This document shows, in pieces, positions 27,801-34,072 of a stretch of DNA of 34,072 bases. The notes beneath the pieces were generated by a model. The model made no database searches, was not told the origin of the DNA, and saw only the letters and a list, made by a program, of their open reading frames with translations. Where the stretch lies: the IMG/VR virus record IMGVR_UViG_3300038334_000110, positions 1 through 34,072 of that record, one strand, 5' to 3'. This stretch comes from a virus (lineage: Duplodnaviria; Caudoviricetes). The position numbers were made by a program, and so were the translations under genes. Numbering within the stretch: the stretch's first letter is position 1; each line of letters opens with the position of its first letter.

Positions 27801-28585
27801 AGCATACCGGCGTATATGCGGAGATAGACCACACGCACGGTTTCTTAGCTCTGTCGGATACACCGCACAGCTATCTGGGGCAGGGGACGAAAGTCGTCGC
27901 CGTCAAAGCGGATGGCAGCGGCCTTGAGTTCGTGACCGCCAGCAGCGGAGGCAGCGGCAGCGCAACGACCTATGAAAATCCGATTGATGAACCACCTGCA
28001 ATAACGCATCCGATGGACGATGAGTTCACCGATACCGTCATGGACGGCAAGTGGTCCTGGATCAACCAGGGGACGTCTACTTGGACGGAGAACGGTAGAT
28101 ATGGTGCAATGGACATTTTGTCCGGAGGGGATCACACGAGGCTTTTAGTGCAGGAAGCGCCTGCCGGCGATTTCACCGCCTCCGCTAAATTAACGGTTCT
28201 TGGACCGAAGGCGAATTACTTTAACTTCGGTCTTTGCCTATACAACAGTGCGAACAGCAGAAGAATCGTATTCGGGAAGTGTAGCAGGAGTGGATATTCA
28301 GGGATACAGGCGATCAAACTTACCTCGAATACAGCGTTCTACAGCGACGCGTATTTGAATGGTGGCTGGGATTCGATCTTCATCTATGTGAGAATTCGAA
28401 AGGTCGGTACTTCCTATTCTCTGGATATGTCAGCCGACGGGGATTTCTGGTGGCAGGTATACACGGAAACCATATCCAACTTCCTGTCGGCGATCAGCCA
28501 CGTTGGCGTAGGGTATCACCGAAACAACACGAGTGGCGTGACATATCAGGGCAGGTGCGAATGGTTCCGGGTGACGGAACCGTGA
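24839..28585 (+). CDS. Large modular tail tip / receptor-binding protein
   Basis: Discoidin/F5-8C-like segment (WRVFD.N.NTRW...PKAW.FEGSNNG.DW), FN3-like YWRARA..WS, IPT-like (G.AGSVLTL.GSGFG), central Tal/hub-like region, HxH motifs, and a C-terminal lectin-like beta-sandwich. Confidence 0.8.
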   Translation: MPDRIRLITPQNESITSSLALTAKWARTYEELTRADFDETGIFTHVVTRETDGFALQLDRDPNSTPEGYTPGADCVPLMTAVSTDGVTVTDSGNLGTGYEGWRVFDNNSNTRWGVATTSGVLTVALSTAKIIAGYSIRARNDSYLIDSPKAWAFEGSNNGTDWMVLDAQSGVTSWSMNERKEFAIASPASYLYYRVNISSNQSGTDTSISEVELLEGVPYGFDYYGSGNRVVGPIPLSGTAYGDEILTWTLGDMPAGTSVTIGCALTTDETPPSSYTPATNGAQCPVIAANDDMTGKYLWVKQELATSDIEVTPSLCSMEMQLVLDATADLTIEIDRTTLFSGMNYRSNTMEALPCGEMTTFEPYDVYDGFLYWRARAVNATLGIDTGWSTPNTFNLMGGPFPLPRFFTMLENRQFGKRRETRALSVVENMGFGKPREKRALYFPENWAFGYLRAGRTLYTERNVTDDPPFPRIDSISITRGQAGSVLTLQGSGFGYTHTAVDVGNTNRYLRSYGGYVYSNDIPCNVIAWSWTEITFQLPLAAETGPIKVLLTEPTLQESNSIGFEVYAGLPSDDVGIEFFLCDRANPNVLVKQLDGAWGKAFQMVRNNPGSGRFKISRYDAVGGNSTYLADDNLILVKLDGNPLFKWIIESRKPNYVDSGEQQVIDISGRGVLSMLGWAVVYPEDMGTPVLDRPFFGTASKVLRTLILEAQARGGLVNVIVDWEDDRDSLGNVFSENISLSFHVGTPLLEVATKFTEGLGYFDIEMTPELVLKIYKTKGEDLHETVIYRPGQAIVSHENQIDAKSVVNEVLVEGGDKLLAVAAHSASQAAYGRREGYLSASNIQEGLSEYGQAYLNRVAYPIWGIQGTVTKFSDDRGNRMKPFESYLIGDWIGWNIAPEGYDDTGFDGVLRVCGITVSEDDDTGDLAYTLELHDTMLEHEIQLNQKVERMSQYSGSDVLSVSPSSSGGYSDSEVNAMLTAKANVNHQHTGVYAEIDHTHGFLALSDTPHSYLGQGTKVVAVKADGSGLEFVTASSGGSGSATTYENPIDEPPAITHPMDDEFTDTVMDGKWSWINQGTSTWTENGRYGAMDILSGGDHTRLLVQEAPAGDFTASAKLTVLGPKANYFNFGLCLYNSANSRRIVFGKCSRSGYSGIQAIKLTSNTAFYSDAYLNGGWDSIFIYVRIRKVGTSYSLDMSADGDFWWQVYTETISNFLSAISHVGVGYHRNNTSGVTYQGRCEWFRVTEP
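26072..26224 (+). repeat. Three 17-aa (51-bp) degenerate repeats in the tail tip protein
   Basis: ENRQFGKRRETRALSVV / ENMGFGKPREKRALYFP / ENWAFGYLRAGRTLYTE. Confidence 0.8.
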
Positions 28586-28619
28586 GGTCATTTTTTCAAA
28601 GAGAGTCGAATCGAGCAAA

Positions 28620-28720
28620 TCGATAGGGCGCCCCTCTCGGAGCGCCCTTGCATTGCATGATTCAATTCTGTGGGATGCCAGAAAGGTCGCATGAGGGAAT
28701 TCTGGGAATTGAATCATGCT
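28620..28720 (-). ncRNA. Putative small RNA, unit 1
   Basis: Extended -10 TGtTATGAT (28735-28727), a perfect 14-bp stem (28655-28668/28706-28719) enclosing C-rich loops, then a GC-rich hairpin with GAGA tetraloop (28625-28648). Confidence 0.5.
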
Positions 28721-28745
28721 AAGCCAATCATAACAAGAAAGATCC

Positions 28746-28866
28746 AGATAAAAGGCACTCATTCGGGGGAAAGAGTGCCTTTCTTATTTGCATGGTATGA
28801 ATCATTTTAGGGAATGGGACATACCCGGGTAGGTAGGTTGGTATATACCATGCAAGCTTCTTTTCT
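28746..28866 (-). ncRNA. Putative small RNA, unit 2
   Basis: Extended -10 TGaTAAAAT (28881-28873), a perfect 11-bp stem (28788-28798/28845-28855) enclosing a C-rich loop, then a terminator hairpin (28751-28782). Confidence 0.5.
28751..28789. terminator. Probably bidirectional intrinsic terminator
   Basis: AAAGGCACTC/GAGTGCCTTT 10-bp stem with T-rich tails on both strands. Confidence 0.7.
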
Positions 28867-28944
28867 ACTTGTATTTTATCAGGTTTAAATAGAAAAAACC
28901 ATGAAAAAATCATGAATTCTATTCGATCTGTAACGGAGGAAATT

Positions 28945-29697
28945 GTGGATTTTACGCGCGTTTTGAAGAGGGGCACGTCTGGTGAGGACGTGCTTTTTTG
29001 TAAGCAAAAGCTGCTGGTGCTTGGGTTCTATGGCGACCACATCACGACTGTAACCAAGAAGACATTTGGCGCGGACACACTGGAGGCTGTGAAGCGGTTT
29101 CAGCAACAATCCGGGCTAACCGTCGACGGGGTGATCGGGAAGGAAACGTGGGCGGCGTTGTTCGGCGACACTACGACGAAGGCGGAACCGATCACGAAAG
29201 TGACTGTAAGTGACAAGGCGAAGGCGGTCTGCGCACTTGCCCTGACGCGGATAGGGGATCTATATGTTTGGGGCGCATCCGGCTTAACTGACCTGTCAGA
29301 TTCGAAGATTCAGGCGAAGGACGACGAGTACGCGCGTGCGATTACGTTTCGGGACAAACAGTACAAATATGGATTTTCTGACCTAATTGCACATGACTGT
29401 TCCGGCTTTCTTTCGTGGCTCATGCGCGAGACCGGGATTTGGGATGATCGTAAGAATTGCGATGGGCTCTGGGCCTTGTGTATTGCTGTCGCGCGCAACG
29501 AGTTGATCGCGGGTGATTTCTTGTTTCGAAACAGCACGACGAATGCCAACGATGAAACGCATGTCGGGCTTTATTTGGGGCGAGGTATGGTGATCCACGC
29601 GAAAGGTCGCGACGTCGGCGTTGTGGTGGAGGGAATCAATCAGGGCGGCAGCGGTTACTGGCATAAATGCGGTCGCTGCAAGCTGTTAAATCAATAG
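28945..29697 (+). CDS. Endolysin: N-terminal peptidoglycan-binding domain plus NlpC/P60 peptidase
   Basis: LKRG.SG.DV...AVKRFQ...GLTVDGVIG.ETW PG-binding motif. YVWGA, DCSG, HVGLY and IHA catalytic motifs. GGAGG precedes GTG 28945 (ORF is open from 28912). Confidence 0.9.
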   Translation: MDFTRVLKRGTSGEDVLFCKQKLLVLGFYGDHITTVTKKTFGADTLEAVKRFQQQSGLTVDGVIGKETWAALFGDTTTKAEPITKVTVSDKAKAVCALALTRIGDLYVWGASGLTDLSDSKIQAKDDEYARAITFRDKQYKYGFSDLIAHDCSGFLSWLMRETGIWDDRKNCDGLWALCIAVARNELIAGDFLFRNSTTNANDETHVGLYLGRGMVIHAKGRDVGVVVEGINQGGSGYWHKCGRCKLLNQ

Positions 29698-29713
29698 AAG
29701 TGGGGGAACGGAA

Positions 29714-30016
29714 TTGGATTATATCGGAGAGATTATCTCGGGCATATTTGCCTTGCTGGTCGTATTGCTGGAAGTGCGCATGACGCGCGAGCGAAAGCAA
29801 GCGGAAAAGCGAGCCGCCATTCGCGCGAAGGAATCCAAGCTCGCCATGAAGATGCAGGATGCAAATCTATCGCTTTCTCTGGCGACGGCTATCGCTGTGG
29901 AACGCGGGGAGACGAACGGTGAGATGAAGACCGCACGCGAGAAAGCTGAAACCGCGCAAGAGGAATATGACGATTTTGTCCATGAGCTTGCTTCGGAGCA
30001 GGCTACATCAATCTAG
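29714..30016 (+). CDS. Holin-like single-TM membrane protein
   Basis: N-terminal TM helix, basic cluster and coiled coil. Lies in the lysis cassette. Confidence 0.6.
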   Translation: MDYIGEIISGIFALLVVLLEVRMTRERKQAEKRAAIRAKESKLAMKMQDANLSLSLATAIAVERGETNGEMKTAREKAETAQEEYDDFVHELASEQATSI

Positions 30017-30027
30017 GAGGAACATAA

Positions 30028-30507
30028 ATGAAAAAGAAACTGATTTTGGTACTGATCGCACTCGTACTACTCGCGTTACCCGCCGTCGCGTTGGCGGACA
30101 CTGGTGGAACCGCCGAGGCCGCCGTTGCCGATATCCTGATCGAAAATGCCGTGAACATAATCGCGGCATTTTTTATTGCGCTGATCGGCGTGTTTGGCGC
30201 GTGGCTGACTGCGAAGCTCGGCAAGGCGACTCAACTCGACACTGTGAATCGCGCGCAGCAAGAACTGATCAAGCTCGCGCAGATCACAGTCGGCGAGCTG
30301 AAACAGACGGTTGTGGACGGCATGAAGGCCGCGCACAAGGATGGAAGGCTGACCAAGGAAGAGATCACACAACTCGGTCAATTGCTCTTTGACAAGACTA
30401 CTGCGAAGCTTTCTGCATCCGCGATGGATGTGCTGACAGCCGCTCAAGTTGATGTCTCCGCGCTCATTACGGGCGCTGCGGAGCAACTGATCGCGGGAAT
30501 GAAGTGA
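30028..30507 (+). CDS. Putative holin (LL-H-like) with N-terminal signal-peptide-like segment
   Basis: Two hydrophobic segments followed by an amphipathic helical domain (V.EL.QT.V..K, DG.LT.EE). AGGAGG RBS. Confidence 0.6.
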   Translation: MKKKLILVLIALVLLALPAVALADTGGTAEAAVADILIENAVNIIAAFFIALIGVFGAWLTAKLGKATQLDTVNRAQQELIKLAQITVGELKQTVVDGMKAAHKDGRLTKEEITQLGQLLFDKTTAKLSASAMDVLTAAQVDVSALITGAAEQLIAGMK

Positions 30508-30529
30508 ACGGCGATTGTGAAGCTGAGAT

Positions 30530-30559
30530 GGGGGCGTCTTCCGGGACGCTCCTTTTCTT
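30530..30559 (+). terminator. Terminator ending the lysis cassette
   Basis: GGGGGCGTCT-TCCG-GGACGCTCCT followed by TTTCTT. Confidence 0.75.
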
Positions 30560-30571
30560 GTTGGAGGAGAT

Positions 30572-30997
30572 ATGACGCAACGGGAACGAGAAGAAATCCT
30601 GCAGCTACGAATCGACGGGATGAGTTATACGCAGATCGCTGATAAACTGCGTATTTCACGAAACACGGTGAAATCGATTTGTCAGAGAGTAGGGATACAA
30701 CCTACCGAAGCTACGGAGGAGAATCACGATTCCGATCACTGCAAGCTATGTGGAACGGTACTTGCTCAGCATGCGACAGGCAAGCATAAAAGCTTTTGTT
30801 CTGATTTGTGCCGTAGAGCCTGGTGGAAACAGCATCAGGATCAGCGAAGTTTTAAATCCGGTGTTAAAGCGAAGTGCTCTAACTGCGGCCGAATTTTCTT
30901 AGACTACGAGAAGAACCGAAGAAAGTACTGCTGCCATGCCTGCTATATTCATGCGCGGTTTGGGAAAAAGAAAACATATGACAACCGAGCAGTTTGA
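30572..30997 (+). CDS. Sigma-4-like HTH protein with Cys-rich zinc-binding C-terminus
   Basis: GMSYTQIADKL.ISRNTVKSIC HTH, plus CKLCG, FCSDLCR..WW, CSNCG and KYCCHACY. Confidence 0.85.
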   Translation: MTQREREEILQLRIDGMSYTQIADKLRISRNTVKSICQRVGIQPTEATEENHDSDHCKLCGTVLAQHATGKHKSFCSDLCRRAWWKQHQDQRSFKSGVKAKCSNCGRIFLDYEKNRRKYCCHACYIHARFGKKKTYDNRAV

Positions 30998-31172
30998 ACG
31001 GGAGATGCGTTATCGCGTTTCGATAGCAGCGGCAAATAGCATGCTGCGTAGGGGGCTGATTTCGAAGGCTGAGCACGATGTATTCAATGCAATTATGATT
31101 AAGAAACACCAACCGCCGATCGGAGGAATCTTGCTGAAAACATCTGTTGATAGTCAGCCGGATCAGAGCTAA
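30978..31172 (+). CDS. SHOCT-like small protein of the recombinase module
   Basis: QFERE.RY...ML..GLIS..E motif. Positioned before the tandem recombinases. Confidence 0.75.
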   Translation: MTTEQFEREMRYRVSIAAANSMLRRGLISKAEHDVFNAIMIKKHQPPIGGILLKTSVDSQPDQS

Positions 31173-31197
31173 TATGCCACATGATAGGAGCATAGGA

Positions 31198-32538
31198 ATG
31201 AATCGAGTGATCCATAAAGTACAACCAACGATTCGGGCAATTCCGCAACGAAAGCGTGTTGCTGCTTATGCTCGTGTGTCAAACGACAAGGAGTCTATGG
31301 TGGAATCCCTAGCGGCGCAGGTCAGTCACTACAGCGCGCACATCCAGCGGAATCCACAATGGATCTACGTGGGTGTATATGCGGATGAAGGACTTACGGG
31401 GACGAAGGACGCGCGCCCAGAGTTTCAGCGGTTGATTGCCGATTGCTATGCGGGGAAGATCGACATGGTGATCACAAAATCTCTCAGCAGGTTTTCGAGA
31501 AACACGCTGGATACACTCAATATCCTGCGCGAACTGAAGCAAAGAGGCGTGGACGTATTCTTCGAACGGGAGAACATCCATAGTAATTCAGGGGATGGCG
31601 AGCTGATGCTCTCTATCCTCTCTTCTTTTGCGCAGGAAGAGAGCCGCTCCATTTCTGAAAACTGCAAATGGCGGATACGGGAGAAGATGAAGCAAGGCGA
31701 ACTGGTTGGGCTTCGCGATATGTACGGCTATGTGATTGACCGGAATATCGTATCAATCGAACCCCAGCAGGCTCAGATCGTACTGCAGATCTTCGATTGG
31801 TATCTCAGCGGCGATTCCAGCGTCGTAATCGCGAAACGACTGAATGCGGCTGGGGAGCAAACGCTGAACCATGCCGCTTGGAGCGCGAAACATGTCCGCG
31901 AGATACTGACAAACGAGAAATACACAGGAAACGCGCTTTTGCAGAAGTCCTTCATAACCGATCATCTGAGTAAACGAAAGAAACGGAACCATGGGGAAGC
32001 ACCGCAGTATTATGTGGAACAGTCCCATCCGGCGATTGTTGACATCGATACATTTCAAGCGGCACAGGAGATGCTTAAAATATCCAGCGAACGATATAAG
32101 CCCAGCAACCCAGTTAACGCGCGATATCCCTTCACCGGTAGGATTATCTGCGGTAATTGCGGAAAGAACTTCCAGCGGAAAACGACGAAGGAGCGCATAA
32201 GCTGGCAATGTGCGACCTATTTAGAGCACGGAAAGAGCGCATGCCCGGCAAAGCAGATACCGGAATCGGCGCTGCTGGATGCATCTGCGGAAGCACTTGG
32301 ATTCGCATCGTTTGACGAGACTGATTTTCTCAAACGGGTTTTGCGAATTGAGGTATTGGGAGCCAACACGCTGCGATTTGTATTTACGGATGGAACCACT
32401 ACCTTATCGGAATGGAAGGACCGTTCACGCTCGGAGAGCTGGACGGATGAAATGAAACAAGCGGCCAAAGCAAGATCATTGGCAATCAGGGAGGCAATGT
32501 ACAGTGGAAGCAGCACAGAAACGAGTAACGAAAATTGA
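31198..32538 (+). CDS. Large serine recombinase 1
   Basis: AAYARVS catalytic motif, TKSLSRFSRN, LTNEKYTG, and zinc ribbon CGNCG...W.C...C. No long coiled coil. Confidence 0.93.
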   Translation: MNRVIHKVQPTIRAIPQRKRVAAYARVSNDKESMVESLAAQVSHYSAHIQRNPQWIYVGVYADEGLTGTKDARPEFQRLIADCYAGKIDMVITKSLSRFSRNTLDTLNILRELKQRGVDVFFERENIHSNSGDGELMLSILSSFAQEESRSISENCKWRIREKMKQGELVGLRDMYGYVIDRNIVSIEPQQAQIVLQIFDWYLSGDSSVVIAKRLNAAGEQTLNHAAWSAKHVREILTNEKYTGNALLQKSFITDHLSKRKKRNHGEAPQYYVEQSHPAIVDIDTFQAAQEMLKISSERYKPSNPVNARYPFTGRIICGNCGKNFQRKTTKERISWQCATYLEHGKSACPAKQIPESALLDASAEALGFASFDETDFLKRVLRIEVLGANTLRFVFTDGTTTLSEWKDRSRSESWTDEMKQAAKARSLAIREAMYSGSSTETSNEN

Positions 32539-34072
32539 ACGATCAGCAGTCGCGTTCGGTGAAAACCAGATTCGACCGCTTACGAAACGGCGCGTTGCAG
32601 CATATGCGCGGGTATCAACCGACAGCGATGAGCAATTCACGAGCTTCGAGGCGCAGGTTGATTATTATACCCGCCAGATTACCGCAAACCCGGACTGGAC
32701 GATGGTCGAAGTCTATACGGACGAGGGTATCAGCGGGACGAACACGAAGAAACGGGAAGGCTTCAACCGTATGATCGCGGATGCACTCGCTGGAAAGATC
32801 AATTTGATCATAACGAAAAGCATCTCCCGATTCGCCAGAAACACAGTTGATACACTGACAGCGGTTCGCCAGCTCAAGGAGAAGGGCGTAGAAGTGTACT
32901 TCGAAAAGGAGAACATCTATACCATGGACTCCAAAGGCGAGCTTCTGATTACGATCATGAGCTCGTTGGCGCAAGAGGAGAGTCGGTCGATCAGCGAGAA
33001 CGTCGCTTGGGGCAAGCGCGCAAAGTGTGAGGAGGGGAAAGTCTATCTTCCCTACAAGCAATTTCTTGGATATGAAAAAGGCCCTGACGGGCAGCCGCAA
33101 ATTGTCGAAGAGCAGGCAGATACGGTTCGGTTGATTTACAAACTATTCCTAGATGGGCTTATGCCATCTGGTATCGCAAAGCGGCTGGAAGCTATGGGGA
33201 TCTTTTCTCCTGCGGGGAAATCGCGCTGGCAACCGGGTACGGTTGAGAGCATTCTCACGAATGAAAAGTACAAGGGAGACGCACTGCTGCAGAAAACATT
33301 CTGCGTAGACTTCCTGACCAAGAAGATGAAACGAAACGAAGGGGAGTTGCCGCAATACTATGTGGAACAGAGCCACCCCGCGATCATTACTACGGAGGTG
33401 TTTGACGAGGTACAACAGGAACTCAAACGCCGCCGTGAAGCTCGATACGTTGGCAGGAGCGGGTGCTTTTCCAGCAAGATTATCTGCGGGGAATGCGGCA
33501 GCTATTACGGCAGGAAGGTGTGGCATAGTAACGATAAATACCGCACCGTGATCTGGCGATGTCAGCACAAATACAACAACGGCGAGCCATGCAAAACGTC
33601 GCACGTGACCGAAGATCAGATCAAGGCGGCGTTTGTGGCTGAGATGAATCGGGTGATTGCGAGTAAGGAACAGGTGCTGGCTGACATCGGGATGTTGATT
33701 GCGACGCTAACCGACACTCGTGAGATGGAAGAAAAGGAATCCGCTGCGCGGAAGGAACTGGAAGCAGTGTCCGCGTCGATGCGCAAGCTAGTTGATGCCT
33801 ACGCGCATGCGATGATCGAGCAGAGAGAGTATGATGACCGATATGCGGGGCTTCTGGCTCAAAGCCAGGTGCTTGAGGAGCAAATTGTACGGATCGGAGA
33901 GCAATGCGAGCAACGACGAGCAAGAAAGCACGAGCTGGATGCATTTTATAAAGTGCTCAAGTCGACAGGGCCAATATTAGAATTCGATGAGGAGCTGTGG
34001 AATGTGGCTGTGGAGTCGGTATTAGTGCATGAAGACGGCAAATTGCAGATTAAGCAACGCATAAGAATTTGA
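32504..34072 (+). CDS. Large serine recombinase 2 (probable integrase)
   Basis: AAYARVST, TKSISRFARN, LTNEKYKG, CGECG zinc ribbon and a long C-terminal coiled coil. The stop codon falls at the window end. Confidence 0.94.
   Translation: MEAAQKRVTKIERSAVAFGENQIRPLTKRRVAAYARVSTDSDEQFTSFEAQVDYYTRQITANPDWTMVEVYTDEGISGTNTKKREGFNRMIADALAGKINLIITKSISRFARNTVDTLTAVRQLKEKGVEVYFEKENIYTMDSKGELLITIMSSLAQEESRSISENVAWGKRAKCEEGKVYLPYKQFLGYEKGPDGQPQIVEEQADTVRLIYKLFLDGLMPSGIAKRLEAMGIFSPAGKSRWQPGTVESILTNEKYKGDALLQKTFCVDFLTKKMKRNEGELPQYYVEQSHPAIITTEVFDEVQQELKRRREARYVGRSGCFSSKIICGECGSYYGRKVWHSNDKYRTVIWRCQHKYNNGEPCKTSHVTEDQIKAAFVAEMNRVIASKEQVLADIGMLIATLTDTREMEEKESAARKELEAVSASMRKLVDAYAHAMIEQREYDDRYAGLLAQSQVLEEQIVRIGEQCEQRRARKHELDAFYKVLKSTGPILEFDEELWNVAVESVLVHEDGKLQIKQRIRI

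Larger units (their letters stand above)
1..34072 (+). mobile_element. Temperate siphovirus-type prophage (late and integration modules; left arm and att sites not in view)
   Basis: Complete, co-oriented packaging-head-tail-lysis-recombinase gene order with no visible frameshifts or internal stops. Confidence 0.95.

Noticed and set aside
27900-28585. Diversity-generating retroelement target in the tail tip C-terminus
   Set aside because: No reverse transcriptase and no template/variable repeat pair seen in the window.
28691-28810. 39-codon plus-strand ORF (MREFWELNHAK...) as a type I toxin paired with the antisense hairpin
   Set aside because: The peptide is not hydrophobic, SD spacing is short, and it runs through a terminator hairpin. 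Not fully excluded without ribosome profiling.
28620-28860. CRISPR mini-array or integron attC sites
   Set aside because: Only two units, with no identical direct repeats or regular spacers, no GTTRRRY/RYYYAAC ends, and no cas or tyrosine integrase gene in the window.
1-34072. Gene transfer agent or domesticated tailocin interpretation
   Set aside because: HNH/cos-type packaging genes, a full head module and intact integrases fit an ordinary temperate prophage better. Inducibility cannot be judged without the left arm.

Overview
This is the right-hand (late) half of an apparently intact temperate HK97-fold siphophage prophage of the kind common in Clostridia (host class inferred from gene content). 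Left to right it carries: a DUF1492/ArpU-like late regulator, HNH nuclease, TerS, a ParB-fused DNA methyltransferase and small accessory genes, TerL, portal, ClpP-type protease, capsid, head-tail genes, major tail protein, tail chaperones with a -1 frameshift site, tape measure, Dit, a large modular tail-tip protein, a lysis cassette, and an HTH/SHOCT/two large serine recombinase module. Four self-contained inserts sit at module boundaries. (1) A 1208-aa secreted LVIVD/beta-helix protein before terL. (2) A flavodiiron protein plus an antisense zinc-ribbon gene between terL and portal. (3) A lipoprotein, a TspO-like membrane protein and a small alarmone hydrolase between the tail chaperones and tape measure. 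(4) A non-coding insert before the endolysin made of two related promoter-long hairpin-terminator units, read here as tandem small RNAs with C-rich loops. Sense-strand intrinsic terminators sit directly in front of essential late genes, which suggests an uncharacterised antitermination mechanism. All family assignments come from motif recognition by eye, not database searches.
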